From NCBI RefSeq assembly GCF_041146345.1, contig NW_027191415.1, forward strand, positions 62,001 to 126,000: a stretch of 64,000 bases of DNA, given 5' to 3'. The translations under genes were made by a program, and so were the position numbers. Source of the stretch: Neodothiora populina (lineage: Eukaryota). The notes below the pieces were generated by a model. It did no database searches. It was not told where the DNA came from and saw nothing but the letters and a program-made list of their open reading frames with translations. Positions 11,933 through 26,065 of this stretch are shown in pieces. Numbering within the stretch: position 1 is the first letter of the stretch; every line of letters begins with the position of its first letter.

Positions 11933-13812
11933 CTAAGAGGAAGCAGGCTTAGGACCGCCTCCGAAGCCGAACCACGAGCTCCTCATTTCCTTCATCTGGC
12001 CCTCCATGAACTTCTTCTCCTCCTCTTCCATCTCCTTGAGCCACTTGGCGCCGTTGACCCTGATCTCGCGATCGAGCCGCTCGTACTCGCGCTGTCCGCG
12101 CTCGCGGATCTGGTCGCTGAGCATCTTGCCCTGCGCCAGGCCCTCGGCCACGGTCGTCTCGTTGTCGAGCGTCATGCCACCCGGCGCCGCTTTGATGCCC
12201 AGCGCTTTGTTGAGCAGGCCCCCGAGAGATTTCTTGGGCTTGCGCGCCGCTTCTTCTGCTAGTTGCTTGTGGAAGGCTTCGCGGGCCAGGGACTCGCGGC
12301 GGGCGAACTCGATGGGGATGTCTTTGCCTTTGAAGGATTCTGTGGGGTGGTGGTGGTCATGTTAGCTCTCTGTCTCGTCGAAAGGGCTGGGGAAAGCAAA
12401 GGAAGAAAGGAAAGAATAGAATTACCGATGACTTTGCGCACGTCTTCGGTGCCCATGGTGGCGACGTATTCAAGGAAAGGAATCAATGCGACGAGGTCCT
12501 TGGTGTGTTCGTCCTTGGGGCTTCCGGTCCACTTGGGAAGCACGATTGCGTTCTCCGGCTGGTTCTTGACGTGGGCGGCCTTGGTGTCGATAATAATCGT
12601 CTTCTCCAGAGGACGGTTGAGGTAGCTGAGGTCCTTGACGTACTCGCCGTTCTCGTATCTCGTGCCCTCCCTGAATAAGGGCCACTGGATGATGCGGAAA
12701 GGATCGAGTTTCTTGACGACGGGGTCGGCCATGGCGACGGGGACCGAAGTGAAGAGGACAAGCTCGTAGTACTGGCTGAGATATCTCAAAAAGTAGTCAA
12801 TGCCGGGTCTCTTTGCCGTCCTCCAGCCGTGCTCGCGCGTCCATTCGGAGTGGATCATCAGGTCCTCGAGAGACAGAACAAGAGTGTAAGGAGGACGCTG
12901 GGCCTCGGGGACCTCGGGAAGCAGCTTGTTGAAGGTGGGCTCGGTGTAGTAGCCCTTTTGCGAAGACCATCGCGCCGTCATTCTGGCCCACATGGCAGCG
13001 GGAGCCCAGCCGGCAAGGTGCTCGGGGGCAAGACCCTCGGGGTTCTCGTCGTCGTCGTAGGGACGAGTGCAGTAGGCGGCGGCGGTGGCGACCAGGGTTG
13101 CCATGGCGAGGTATCCGTACTTTGAGAGTTGAGCGCGTTTGCGGTCAATCGACGTCTCGTAGGCGGAGCGGTCAAATTCTTCGTCTTCGCCGCCACGACG
13201 ACCGCCGCTGCCTGACGAGGATGAAGCGCCCTCGGATGTCGCCTCATCGCCGAAGATCTTGTCTTCCGTCGCCGAAGAAGACTTGTTCTTTGCCGCCTCG
13301 GACTTGTTGAACTCTTCGAAAAAGGTCGAGGGGATTCCCTGGCGCAGGTCGGGGAGGGGAGTCTTGGGCGCGATGGGTTCTGCCTCTGCAGCTTCTGTGA
13401 TCTCCGGTGATTGCTGCTGCGGCGGTGGCACTGCTGGACCATTGCGATCCACATCTGCCGTGGTCGAGGTAGAAGAAGCGGGAGTCGTTGCGCTCTTGGC
13501 TGCTCCGCCGGTGGCGGCAGTGGCAGCAGGACCGCCGAACTTGATGCTATCCTGAGGCTTCCATGTCTGGTTCTTGGGGATCGTCGTTCCGGGCGAGGTC
13601 TGTCTGGCCGCGCCCGAGACTGCTGAAGGAGCCGGAGAGGGAGCAGAAGTGGAAGGAGCAGCAGGAGAGGCCTTGTTGGTCTTTATGAATTGCGTGGGAC
13701 GCGGTTTACCAGCCTTTGCATATCCTCTGATCGCCAGCGAGAACGGCGGTTGTGCTGTTGCTCTTGCGGGCTGCTGCGCTCTGAAGGCTCTTGCCGCTGC
13801 TCGGCTGAGCAT
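11933..13812 (-). CDS. TIM50: Mitochondrial import inner membrane translocase subunit Tim50 (597 aa; exons 13812-12426, 12339-11933)
   Basis: Arg/Ala-rich presequence MLSRAAARAFRA, one TM segment, NIF/FCP1-like domain (PYTLVLSLEDLMIHSEWTREHGWRTAKRPG, KDLSYLNR). Intron 12425-12340 restores the C-terminal frame. Confidence 0.93.
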
Positions 13813-14020
13813 CTTGTTTGTATTTTTCCGTAGTGTATATGTGTGTAGTTTAACAGAATCCAACAAAGGAAACAATTAACTCATGCACAGAATCTGCAGC
13901 TATAGAGGGCCAAGTTCCAATCAAGGATTTGGCAGGAAAACGCGCACTACAACAAGAGTCTCGTCGTAGTTGTCGTTGTCGTTGGTGGTGGTGATATGAC
14001 TTTTAGATTCATTAATTGTG

Positions 14021-14050
14021 TCTCTGTCTCTCTCTCTCTCTCTCTCTCTC
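14021..14050. repeat. (TC)n microsatellite upstream of TIM50
   Basis: Directly visible TC dinucleotide run with one interruption. Confidence 0.9.
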
Positions 14051-14628
14051 GACGTAATTTGAGCCCAGTTCGATATCCGGCTATCTTGCTATACGGCCGA
14101 CTGCAAATACCAGAGACGTAATTCTTTTTCTTGTCCGTCACGCGTCATGCGCTGCCATCGTGCGTCAGTCATGCCTCTCCTTAGGCAGAGTTTTAGTCCT
14201 AGGTACTCACTTATCGATAAGGTGGGCATCAGGGCGACCCTGTCTCTTACTGACAACAGTCCATCTCCCACAAACAAATCAGACATATCGTTCCTGCCTT
14301 ATCTCTTCGTTGGATGTAATCAGGTCGATGATATTCCCAATCGAGTGGGGTGTTGAGATAGATAGAAACAAACGGAAGCGAGGGATGGAAAGAACACATG
14401 AAGGTTGAATACTCTGGAAGTCACGTTCGTATCTCCGTATGATCGACTGTGGCAACGGAACAAGGCACTGAAAAAGACACCAAGAGAAGCAAGAACTGTG
14501 AATTCACAGTGACAGATTTTCAATGTCTATACACACAACTTCATCATAATTATTAATGGCTTTCTATTCTTTATATCAATCCAAGCCCCGTCCTACCCTC
14601 CAACGCCTTGCCATGCCTTTGAAACCCC

Positions 14629-17600
14629 TCAAAACCCTGCTGCCACTACTTCCTCCTCTGCTTCTACCTCTTCTTCGTTATCGTATTCGTGCTCGTTGTC
14701 GTCAAAGTCCAGACTCTCCAACTCATCAGCCAGACTTCTGATCTCTTTCACAGCTTGCTGCTTCTTGGCTGCCAGAGGCTTCTTCTCTTCTCCGTGTCCT
14801 TCTGACGCTGCGCTAACATCACTGCTACTTCTCAGGTCCTGTAAGACAATCGAGTCTGTAGCAGCGACCGGTGCCGAAGGAGTGGTCTCATCGGCCAACG
14901 AACAGGTACATTTTTCTTCTTCTGCCACCACTTCGCCGTCGCGACCCTCATGAGCGACATCGCTCACACTCAGCAGACTGGCAGGCCCATCCTTGATCGC
15001 AGCACCGATTGCAAATGCCAGAGTCAGACTGAATCGAATCCAGAGCCAGGGACTGTGTCTTTCGATCAGACTATTGGATGCGACTTCGCTGGAAGGTACA
15101 CCATGGCAAGGGCAGGAGGATGCACTTCCCGACGATGACGCTGTCGCAGGTCTGGATCCAGTTGCAGCGCTCTTTCTCTGCTTTCTCTTTGCTTGTCTGC
15201 GTCTCCATGCCTTGGCCGAAGCAACAGGATCTGCGGACGACCAGGAAGAGCCGGATGTGGAGAGACAAGACGATACAATGCGTCTACACACCATTGGCCC
15301 CAGAAGAAAGCTCAAGAGCCACCACTGCACCTTGTTGACACTCGATGAGTTTAACAGCATGAGATTCTCCCCCCGCATGACGCATCGACGCGCCAGCTTG
15401 TATGGCTGACGGCACATATTGGAAACAACTGTGATAATCTTGCTGTTAGAGCCATTGTTGCCATTCATGTGTTGAGAGAGAGATGACGAAGCACGAAGAC
15501 GATTACGTGCGTGGCGGCGACTATCGTCTGTTCTGCCACTTTGGTTCGACGAGCGCGACGACATGCCGATGGACGTCCGAGAACGTGGACGGCGTGCCAG
15601 GGTCGTCTGCTCGGAGATGGAGCGTTGATGTAGTATACGTTTCCGCCGGAGCTGCGAAGGCGACATGTCCAAGGGAAAACTGGAAAAGGCTGCAAGATCG
15701 GAGATGGACGAGGCTTCCTGCTGGGAAGCAGCAGACGCAGAAGCAGCCGACGCAGAAGTGGTTGGTCTGTCGCTTGACGCCTCATCGCTTGCCGTGGATC
15801 TAGCTCGTTGCAGCTCATCGAACAGATTGCGCCCTACAGCTGCTGATGACCCAGGTCGTGGAGAGTAGCCTCGTGGTGTGCTATCAACGATGCCTGAAAT
15901 CTGTGAAATTGCAGACTGTGGCCTGCTTGCGTCTGAGGACGTGGAGTTGCACTGCGAAGGACTTTCAATCTTCAAGGGGGTCAAGATCTGCAAGTCTTCC
16001 TCGCACAAATTTTCCGCACTCGTATAAGCCCGCCTTCGGCCGTGAGCAAGGGGACTATCGTCGAAGCTCATCCGTCTGGGAAGTGCATCCTGGACGTCAG
16101 GAAAAGGGAAAGCGGGCGAAGACTCGTGCGGGTCCATCAACGGTGCAGTGGCCGGTGGTGGTGGCGCCGCATTCAGCTGTGTAGACGTAGAGAGGATCAG
16201 CGTTTTCGGCATCAGCGATCCAGCGTGGAAGCGGCGCATTCTTCGAGACGGTTTTGTCTTGCCAGTACTGGGGCAGATCAAATCTCCGTTCACGCCATCG
16301 GGCAGCGTCCAACTAAGACGCGAAGATGTGGCGCTGAGCATCGAATCTCGCTTAGACGCAGTCTCGGTGTAGGCGAAGTCGACCTCACTCGTGTAACGCG
16401 AATGCGACTGGACATCTGCAGGGGGCGACGACTGTATGTCAGAGGGAGGAGCAGACGCATCCTCCGCGATGCTTTGATTACTGCTAGAAGCCGACGACGG
16501 CGGCGGTAGTGCCACGGTCGAGGCGCTTGCCGGTGTGGGCATCACGAAAGGAGCTGATACTTGTGACACCATACCGGAGGTAGGCAGACGGGGCATAGTT
16601 GACTGTCTGCGTATATGGCCCCTTCTCTCGCCGAACGGTGTGAAGGTAGGCTCTGGCTTCTGAGGGGACAGGGCGACAATATTTGCAAATGTCTCCAAGC
16701 GCTTCTCCAGCTCCACGTTCGCAGACTCTGCGGCTGCCAGGGAGTTTCTTGTCTGCTCAAGTTGATGCTGAAGCTCACGCGCGTTGTGCGTGTAGGCCTC
16801 CAAGTCAGTCTCCAGTGATCGGATGCGAGCTTTGAGGGAGGATTCAACCTGCATCCTCTCGTCACCCTCTTCTTGGATACGATCTTTGTATCTAGTCTCC
16901 CACTCGCCCAGTTCCTCTTGGAGCGATCTGATCTGCGTGTTGAGAGCGCGCATCTTCACCGATCTGGCTTGAGTGACAGTCGGTGAAGTCAGAGACGACA
17001 GCTGGGTCTGCGTGGCAGCAAGCTGGGACTCCAGATGTTCAATGTACTTGTCTTTCTCCTGCAATATTGCGTCTCTGACAAGATCCGAGGCAGACCGTTG
17101 CAATACCTGTTTCTTGCCTCGAGTGAGGTTGGGTGCGTCAGGCGGGAGGCTGCATGTATGCACGAATCAGTATTTTGAAATGTTTGCTTCATGACTGTGG
17201 ACAATGTCTACAAATGCGGAAGGTACAAGGCTCGGCGATGATGTATGCACGAAAGAATATACAAAAACAACGAGGAAAGTAGATGGATTGATGACTGACC
17301 ATGCAGGTGATAGCTCTGATTGCTGCTGATGCTGGTCCCGTAATGCATCTCGTTCCGGACTCCCTTCCTCAACATTCTCATCTTGCCAGACAGACAGCAG
17401 ACCGTCCATCTTCGGACGGGGCCTGACTTTGCTGCGGCGAAGACTAGAATTGTTGACTTCCTGTAGTATATTCGAAGAAGAGCGACTCCTTGATTCACGA
17501 CCATCGTCTATCATTTTGCCGTCACTCGCTCCGTCCATCAACAGACCGAGGTCGTTGCCTGTATTTGGTGACCAGCTGCCTGACGCTCTGTTTGGAGTCA

Positions 17601-17811
17601 CGAAGCTGTGCTGCTGCTCCACCGCTTTTCCTCTGAACCCGTTCTTTCGTAGTTGGAGACGTCGGTTTGCTCTTGTGGTTCCAGGGCCGGCGAGTGGCAT
17701 TGATGAAGGTGATGAGGACTTCTGTCCAGCTCCACCATCCCCTCCTCCATTTACATGTGATGGGGCAGCCATGTCCGAGGACATGATGGCAGGTACCCTG
17801 TTGGAAGCCAT
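14629..17811 (-). CDS. Uncharacterised ~1010-aa protein: coiled coil, long Ser/Pro-rich region, C-terminal hydrophobic segments (exons 17811-17300, 17149-14629)
   Basis: 844-codon ORF joined in frame to the upstream ORF by intron 17299-17150 (GTCAGT...ACTGAT...GCAG). Heptad-rich segment EKDKYIEHLESQL...LEKRLE; hydrophobic WWLLSFLLGP and PWLWIRFSLTLAFAIGAAI. Start codon uncertain. Confidence 0.75.
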
Positions 17812-20800
17812 ACCGTTGGGTGAGAGGACAGCTTCTTGCAGGTCAATACTCTCTTGGTTGTTTATGCCCTAAATGATGTGTCGGTGCATGTGATACCCCC
17901 ACCCATGCCCACGGGTCTGATTATGCTGGCAGAAGAGAAAGGCGGTATAACGGTTTGCCTGATGCAGGCACCACATACACAAGCCCACACACTCTCTTTC
18001 TCTGAACAAAGCAATTGATGCAGAAGTCAATATATCGTGACAGAAAGGAGACTCGTTATTCGTTCAAGCAGAGGCGGCAGCGTGTGTGGATGGCCTCGAT
18101 CTATAACATTGACTCCCTAGCCCTCGACGACTCCTTCGTCAGATCGTACCACTGCGTGACTGCTGAAGATCGTCTGGGGATGTGTGCGGGGCGAGAGCGA
18201 TGCATACATACAAAATAACACACTGCCCTCACATTATGATGATGACTAGGCCAGATGCCTCTATTTACAATAGGGTCTAGGCATTGTTTACTTCACCTCA
18301 CACAATACAACGGAACGCAACGCTCTGACTGGACGACGACGACCGAAGTCTCGGCGCGCCGGACTTTGCGACGCAAGATTGACTCCTGATCTGACCGCTT
18401 CCAAAATGTGGAATGGAATGAGTGAGGGCGACCCGTTTCATCGCTCAAATCTCCTTTTGCTCGTTTGGTCGTCTTGTGATCTCGATGACTGCATATCTTC
18501 ATCTGCATCGTCAATCCACTGGAGCGTTGGACTTTTATTATTACGGATTCGAGCCGGTTGGTTCCCTGTCGCTTTGCAACCAATATCAATCTGGCGGGGG
18601 TGAATCTGCTTCATCAATCTCAAAGCAAGCATTACATATTTAACAACATTGTCCGTCGAGTCAGTGGTTACAACAATGATGGCACGAATATTTCAGGCGA
18701 GTCAGTGACCGCTCTCAACCTCACGGATGTTGCGGATCCAAGCAGAAAAAGCTCATAATCACATGCATGTTCAAGGTGGTCTTGGTTTTGTTTAGAAGAT
18801 TATCGCCGTTGCGAGAAATTCCAGAGTGCATGACGTTTTGAATCTCGAAGATCAACGATCGCAGATGGATGTCGCAGCAGTCAGTCACGTCCGGAGCTGT
18901 TGTGAATGTGCAGTACAGAATACAGACCGGAGCAAGCGCAGGCCGCTCTTTCAGTAAGGTAAGTTGTACAATTTGTCTTCACACATATGCGAATTAGTAT
19001 CTCGTAAAGGCGGCGCATCTACACGCTAGTCCTTTTCATGAAGTTTCCCATGTACCTACTGTACAGTACGTATCACCACGATGGCGAGCCTTGTGTTCGG
19101 GTGCCTGCGCATCTGTTTCAATCCGTACCATCTTCGTACCTACTGTATTTATCCATATGATCAGTCGCTGAAATATCGAAAGAGACGATGCAGTAGTCTT
19201 GATGTGCTGCGATCATGATGAACATGGCCCACCGGATGACAAATGGTCCATCATTGTGCCGTCTTGTCGAATATAATGTTTATGTACCGAGGTTTGTCAA
19301 ATATAACAAGATGCTGTTGTCAAAGTATACTTTGAATCGGAGTTGATAGACTCGCGTCCGAGGAAGATTGGAAAGCTGGGGAGATCCTGGTAGATGTGGG
19401 AAAGGCAGTGTAGCCGTCTTCCCGATCGCAGGTCAATAGTCGTCGAGGCGATCAACATGTCCTGGAAGTGCCACTGTCACGAATCGCTGGGAGTGATCGA
19501 GTAACAGATCCGTCTTCGAGACGACGAGAATAAATGCGATCCTGTGCGAAGTATTCTGATTGCTTTATTTCCAGTCCGCAGACACTGGGTCTGTTCCATC
19601 GATCCCGTCGTGGAGTATACCGGGCGAGAGGGACCACAACGGGCGTACAGAAGGCGGGTCGCATCTCCGCATCTTTGAGGAACGCGGGACGCGTAACCAC
19701 CAAACCACTGCAGGGTGCAAATGCCGGGGCCGTTCCCATTGCTAGAGAGTTGGACGACTGGATTAATGTCGAGCTGCGTCGTCAGAGATGTCAATAACGA
19801 CACAAGAAGCTGGAGGGTGGAAACCTCCAGGTTGCTGAGTGCGACAGTCTCAGGCGACGGGCGAAACCAAGGATAAATCATCTCAGCGCATGGCAAATGC
19901 GTGGACAGGTGAGACCGAACTATTTTTTTGAAGTAGAAAAAAAGCGTTCTGCCCTCTATTGCGCGTCCTTTGGAGCTCGAACCCGAACCAGAGCCTGTCA
20001 GTGGCTTGCTTCGCTACCATGTTCGTGATAGCGCGACGGGATGATGCAGGGCAATCAACGGTCGTCGGCTGTTCGAAGCGCTTTATGCATTCTCGTTGCA
20101 ACCGAAGGCGCAAGATTCATGGGTGGGGTACCCAAAAGAGATCTGCGCCAAAGCCTTGTAACGGTGCCATGTGCAGCTGAAATCGAAGAAGCTTTTCTGC
20201 GACCATCAGCAGTTCGGCGAGATCACAGCTATTGATACAAAAGTATCAGAACTCCGCCGCGGACTACCTTAGTCAGTATGATGCAATTCTGTGGCAATCT
20301 GGGCTTGATCAGAGAAACTAGATTGTTGAGGCTAAATCGAGGTGGAATGCTGCTCGCAGAAGGCGGAAAGGCTCAACTCTCCGACAAATCTTCACCATAT
20401 CTGACTAGGTGTTTCAGGACCGGCGACGTCGGGACAGATGATCGGAGCGATTTTTCGACATGGCGTTCAAGCAAATATCGCTGAACAGGAGAAGTCACTA
20501 CACACACACACACACATGTACACACGCAGCCTATCTCCCGATACATACTTACTCTCACAGTAGCAAGCGCTTCGTGGAGAATAGATCAGTGCATTGCGGG
20601 TTTTCTTATATTATCCAACGTTCCGATGACGTGGTCGTGAAGCGAGGTTTTGTCTTATTAAATATAGTATTCTTAGGTCTGCAAGAATCCAGACGGCCAC
20701 TCACGGTTGTGAATCGAGTGGACGAGGGGTGTCCGTGCATACTAGTTTTGGAGCGAAGTGGTGCATAGGGCATTGCATAGTGTGTAGTGGCTACAGTAGT

Positions 20801-22125
20801 GGATCATGAGCGATAGATTGCAACCCATGTGTGCGTTCCCGTGGGAGTCTGCAATCACCACTTGCCGAGAATGTAATAACGAGAGCTAGTCAGGAGGTCG
20901 ATCATCACCTGGGTGCAATTACCTGAGAGTCGTGGCCACGCAACACGCGCTCCCTACAGCAGAGAGTGTAGAGTGCAGCACGCAGCAAGAGGGATGGGGA
21001 AAGGGATAGCCGCGGCATAGATACCTTAGCCTAGCAACATGGCTTTCCGGCTAGGTGAACTGGACTGTTTGGGTGACGAGGAATAGTGCTAGCATGATGT
21101 TTTCACTCTAGAAGGTGATGCTTGTACCATTCTGTACAGTAGACTACAGTAGACTAAAAGTCTCTCAATGATGTGCGATAAGTAAAGTACTGTCCGCCGG
21201 GTACGCAATCAGTGATCGAACGGAAAGTGGTGCAAGTGCACCCCCAACAACCGCAGGATATCGGCTTGGCGACGAGCAATGCAGCCAATAGAGGAAAGAG
21301 GCAGGAAAGAGGCACTTTAGGTTGACGGGCAAAGTTGCCAAGTACACGCAAGTCTACGCTGCACGGGCTCAAAGTCCGCTGGATGTTGACTTTGGCTTGG
21401 GATTCTGACGGTGCTTTGGCTCTTTTTTGGCTCTGCTTTGGTTTTGGCTTTCCCGGATGTTGACCCTGGTTCCACCCTCGGTCCTTGGTGCTCGGTGCTT
21501 GGTCTGTCTCTAGGGAAGCGACCATCATATCCTCCGAGTCTCCATATCTTTCTTTTTCACCATCATCATCATCACAAGAAATTGCCTTGCTCTCTAATTC
21601 TCACTTGTGCACTTGTGAGACCTCCTTTTGCACTTCTTCTCTCTGCCCCCCCTCTTTCCTTTTAGATTTCCCGCTTTTTGATCTCTCTTAGTGGCGATAC
21701 TCTTGTATCATCCCCTCGCATAACATAAAAGGAAATCCCCTTTCTCTTCTCCTTTGGGACCAGAATAGTGGCGTTGCAATACACCCTCGTCAAGTTCAGA
21801 ACAAGAGAGTAATCAAGTACGGAGAGGTGCAACACAAGTACAGTACTTCGTGCCGTCCATTATACCACGGCCGTTTGAACGACATACACCGGCGAAGCCC
21901 ACGCTCGTTAACGACGTTTGCCAAAACAAAGCTTAAATAAGCATTTGGTTGCAAGAGTTCGCTATAACTCGACAGCGAAACTCGAGCATTTGAGAGTATC
22001 AGAATTGACTTATCGCACATCCCGGTGCGATAAAGAGACTCGCCAAACTGGAGGACTTCAAGGAGCGCATTTCGGAGAGCAGCTTCTCCTCCAGCGATGG
22101 TGGCGACAGATCACCACGACCAGCT

Positions 22126-24249
22126 ATGATCCCTGTCCCTCGTCTGCGCGACTTTAATCCGCTCAGACTCTTTCATACAAACTTCTCCTATCAGCAGTTA
22201 CCCACTGACAGTCGGGATGGGTCGCGGAATGGTTCTCCTTTCCACATCCGCCCTTTCAAGGAGTACGGCTTCCCCTCCCGGGACAGGATCAGATCCATCA
22301 GGATGCCTTCTCTTACCAGAATGTGCATCTACACTGCCATGTCGGTGATGACTCTGTTACTGCTCATCGGCGGTGGTGTGAAACATCACATAAGGCACCA
22401 CTCCGACCCTGCACCCGAGGAAGGTGTCTATTTCTGGCAGGACTACAATAGGTTGAATTCTTACTATAACGGCATCCGCACCCTCGTGCCTTCCTCGGAT
22501 ATCAAACGCGAACAGAACTACAACCTGTCGGAACCTCTCGGTCTTATTTCGAAAGAAGACGCTCAGAGATTGCCTCACACGCCTGCCATGGACCCCGTTG
22601 TCTTTAACCCTTACCCTGACTACAACTCGTACGAGTACATTGAAAAGTACGGCGAGAAGAGCGAGTGCTTCCTCGACGCCGCCGAGAAGATTTCTGTTCC
22701 AGACGTCTACGTGTACCCTGGTGTGCCCGAGATCATGGCAGAGCCTTCGTTCGGATCCTACAAAGAGCTTGGAGTCAACGAGAGTATATGCTATGAGAAG
22801 TTCGGCAGGTTGAGCCCCTACGGCTATGCCTACAACTGGACCCAGGGAGGACTCGGCCCCGGTCTCAATTCGGAGCACGCAGGTGCCGAGAAGGTCTTCG
22901 ACAAGCTCAAGATTGTTAACCACACTGCTGTGAACTGGGGCGATGCTCAGAAGAGATGCTACGAGAAGAACAAGGCACGATTCGAAAAGCCCGGCGCGGA
23001 TGCCACGCGAAAAGTCGCTCGCCACGCCTATGTCATGCGCATCTGGAGCGGCTACTTCTGGAACGACCACCAGATCTACACCCTCCGTGCAATGATTAAT
23101 GAGCTCTCGCTGAAGTCTGGTGGTGAATACGACGTGCACTTTTTGCTCCACGTCAAGGACAACAGCATTCCCATCTGGGCCGATGAGACGGCGTATCGCC
23201 AGGTCATCGAGGACAACATGCCCGAAGAGTTCTGGAACATGACCACTCTCTGGTCTGAGATGCAACTCCTCAATTACTATCCAGATCCCTTCCCTCACAA
23301 CTTGGAGAACCCCTCCCAACAGAGTGTACATGGCGTGTATCGTGCTGCTCACTTTGCCCTGCAATGGTTCTCGCAAAAGCGCCCAGAATACGACTTCTAC
23401 TGGAACTGGGAGATGGACCTTCGCTACATTGGCCACTACTACGAATTCAACACTGGCATCGGAGATTGGGCACGCCGTCAGCCTCGCAAGGGCATGTGGG
23501 AACGCAACGAGCGCTTCTGGATTCCTGCGCTACATGGCACTTGGGACAACTTCACCGAGATCGTCGAGCGAGAAACCCGCGAAGCTGGCCGTGAGCCAGT
23601 TTGGGGACCTGTCGAGTTTGAAAACGCCGGTCGCATCACTCCGCCTGCCGAGTGCATCCCTCCCACTTCTTACGACCAGGACAACTACGAGTGGGGTGTA
23701 GGCGAGGACGCCGATCTCATTACATTCAACCCCATCTTCGATGCCAGCAGGACGAACTGGGTGTTCCGCCATGACGTGACTGGCTACAATCTCTCGCTCC
23801 CTCCCCCGCCCCGCCGAACGGCCATCATCACAGTCTCAAGGCTCTCAAAGCGCCTTCTCGACATCATGCACGAGGAGACGTGGAGATACAAGCACACCAT
23901 GTTCCCCGAGATGTGGCCCCCGTCAGTTGCTCTGCACCATGGTCTGAAGGCAGTCTACGCCCCGCATCCCATCTACTTCGATCGCGACTGGAACCTCGAG
24001 ACCATGGACCGAACCTTCAATCACCCTCGCGAGGATTACGAGTCACCCTTTGGCTGGGGCGAGCACAACTTCATAGGAAGCAGTTTCTACTACAACGCCG
24101 GCTTCAGCGGTGCACTCTGGAGACGCTGGTTGGGTATGAAGGAGAACAAGGAGGGCGGCAAGGCTTTCGAGGAGTCTCACACCGGACGCATGTGTCTCAG
24201 GCCTGTGCTCCACCATCCTATCAAGCATGAAATCGGCCAACCCGAATAA
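22126..24249 (+). CDS. DUF3405-family type II membrane protein (707 aa, intronless)
   Basis: N-terminal TM segment, then motifs PEYDFYWNWEMD.RY.GH, RKG.WERN.RF.IP..HG.W, WGVGEDADLIT, VALHHGLKAVYAPHP.Y.DR.W, recognised as DUF3405. Confidence 0.8.
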   Translation: MIPVPRLRDFNPLRLFHTNFSYQQLPTDSRDGSRNGSPFHIRPFKEYGFPSRDRIRSIRMPSLTRMCIYTAMSVMTLLLLIGGGVKHHIRHHSDPAPEEGVYFWQDYNRLNSYYNGIRTLVPSSDIKREQNYNLSEPLGLISKEDAQRLPHTPAMDPVVFNPYPDYNSYEYIEKYGEKSECFLDAAEKISVPDVYVYPGVPEIMAEPSFGSYKELGVNESICYEKFGRLSPYGYAYNWTQGGLGPGLNSEHAGAEKVFDKLKIVNHTAVNWGDAQKRCYEKNKARFEKPGADATRKVARHAYVMRIWSGYFWNDHQIYTLRAMINELSLKSGGEYDVHFLLHVKDNSIPIWADETAYRQVIEDNMPEEFWNMTTLWSEMQLLNYYPDPFPHNLENPSQQSVHGVYRAAHFALQWFSQKRPEYDFYWNWEMDLRYIGHYYEFNTGIGDWARRQPRKGMWERNERFWIPALHGTWDNFTEIVERETREAGREPVWGPVEFENAGRITPPAECIPPTSYDQDNYEWGVGEDADLITFNPIFDASRTNWVFRHDVTGYNLSLPPPPRRTAIITVSRLSKRLLDIMHEETWRYKHTMFPEMWPPSVALHHGLKAVYAPHPIYFDRDWNLETMDRTFNHPREDYESPFGWGEHNFIGSSFYYNAGFSGALWRRWLGMKENKEGGKAFEESHTGRMCLRPVLHHPIKHEIGQPE

Positions 24250-26065
24250 GACGGCACTCACGAACACTGGAAACCAGGACCTTTAGATGATTTGACTTCT
24301 TTTATACGCATGCATACGCCTCGCTCATTAGCGCAGAGCTTGCTTTTCATTTCCACTTCTGCTTTTTCTCCGCGACTGCATCGGCCTGGGCGTTTTACAT
24401 CGTCATTTTAATTCACCCCGTTCTCCGTACGAGCACACATTGCGTGCGTGCGCGGCTGGCATCGCTACGCTTTGTTTGGATTCATAGGGTATAAGGCGTT
24501 ACCTTATGGCTTTTTTTCTTTTCTTTTTCAGTCATTCAATATCCGGTAATGGGACAGGAGGAAGCGTTGAACCGAGAGCATTTTATCGTCTGTTATTGTC
24601 GGTATAATGGCGCCCTTGGGAGGACATGTTCACACGGAGGTGGGAATAGACATATCCTTGTACATATTCGAAGAGCAGGCAGACGAAGGGGCGCCGACAA
24701 AACCCCTTCTGTATGTCCAAGGAGGAGGGGGTGATTCATGGGAGGAATAGATTCGTTACATTCTCTAATCACAGAGAAAAAACCTAATACCGAGTCGTAC
24801 GGGGAATATCTTCACACATTCTATCCCTTTCTCGTATGAGTATAGATAGAATCTCAGCTATGAAACCACCCCCGAATCATCAAATTCGCAGTCCGAACGT
24901 GAAAGAAGGAAAATTGGCCCCATGATCTTTCCCTCGATCCGATTCGTACCCGTCGCTACACAATCTGTCTACCTACCATTACGCGACCCATGATGATCCG
25001 ACACGCGATCAATACGCGAATGAATCAGACAGTCGCGCCTTCCTCTGACGAGGTACACACTACGCTACAAGTACATACATACTTAAGGTACCTTTCGACT
25101 CGACCCCGACCATTTCCCTGAATCCGCCCTCTTGCCGCATAGAGGAGATACTTGCAACTCCTTGACTGAGATGTACTGTTCTGTACATGGACCCCTCGTG
25201 CTCATCCTCACTCCTTCCAGATCTGTTGTCTGAGATCTCGACCCTGCATTCCTCGGCCGCAGATGGGCCAATTACCACACGCAAGGCCTTGCACACGCAC
25301 GTGCTTACACGCATACGCGATGGCATGCATTTAGATACACACATATCTTTTTCGTCTCAGGTGGGTTATTGACTTAGCCTTGCGTCCTTGCTTGTAGATT
25401 GCGCTGTAACGAGCATACGATATGCTGTCTGCTAGAGTTCCTTGGATTGGACATGTGTCAAGTGGGAATGGTTGTGGGCCTCTGTTATCAGATTCACGGG
25501 CGAGGACGGGGCCCACATCCTAGGGGATTATTCACCGCCTCGTTCCCATCATTCGGCGCAGTATGTTCGTCCATAACAAGCTCAGAGGGAAATCGATTAG
25601 TAGTGGTTTTCGTGTTCATTTAGTGTTTCTTCTATCTACATTGCTCCTTTCCCCTTTCGGGTCTGCTCCTCAAATAGAAAAAGAAAGCGTTTTCGCTCCA
25701 CGTTACTCATCCATCGACAAGTGAGGCGCGAGCTATACGCTATGCTATGCTAATATCAAGCCGTGCCAATACCAATGCTGCATCCAGACCCCCCAAATTG
25801 CGCCAGCACACATTCGACGTCGAGATCTTTGTCAAGACCAGATGTATCGAATCGAATGGGCTCTCGTAAAAGCATCCCAATGCTGATCCCGGCTTTCGCT
25901 ATCTACCTTACCTGGGTATTTCCATCTAAATTTCCCATCCCTGATAAATGCAAAAAAAGGACTCCCATTTTGCGATTTTATTTTTCATCGCCATTCTCGT
26001 ACGCATCGCTGGGTTTTGTGTCCACCTTTCCATTAAAGGAAAAGAAGGAAACAGTTGACACTTTC

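Noticed and set aside
19925..20040. B-box-like GGTTCGAGCTC on the - strand followed by a T-run (possible tRNA relic or Pol III gene)
   Set aside because: No cloverleaf or convincing A box could be built.
24990..25048. Possible C/D box snoRNA (ATGATGA ... CTGA) with GCCTTCCT complementary to an 18S rRNA AGGAAGGC segment
   Set aside because: Only 59 nt long, 8-nt complementarity, poor terminal stem and no clear C'/D' boxes; consistent with chance.
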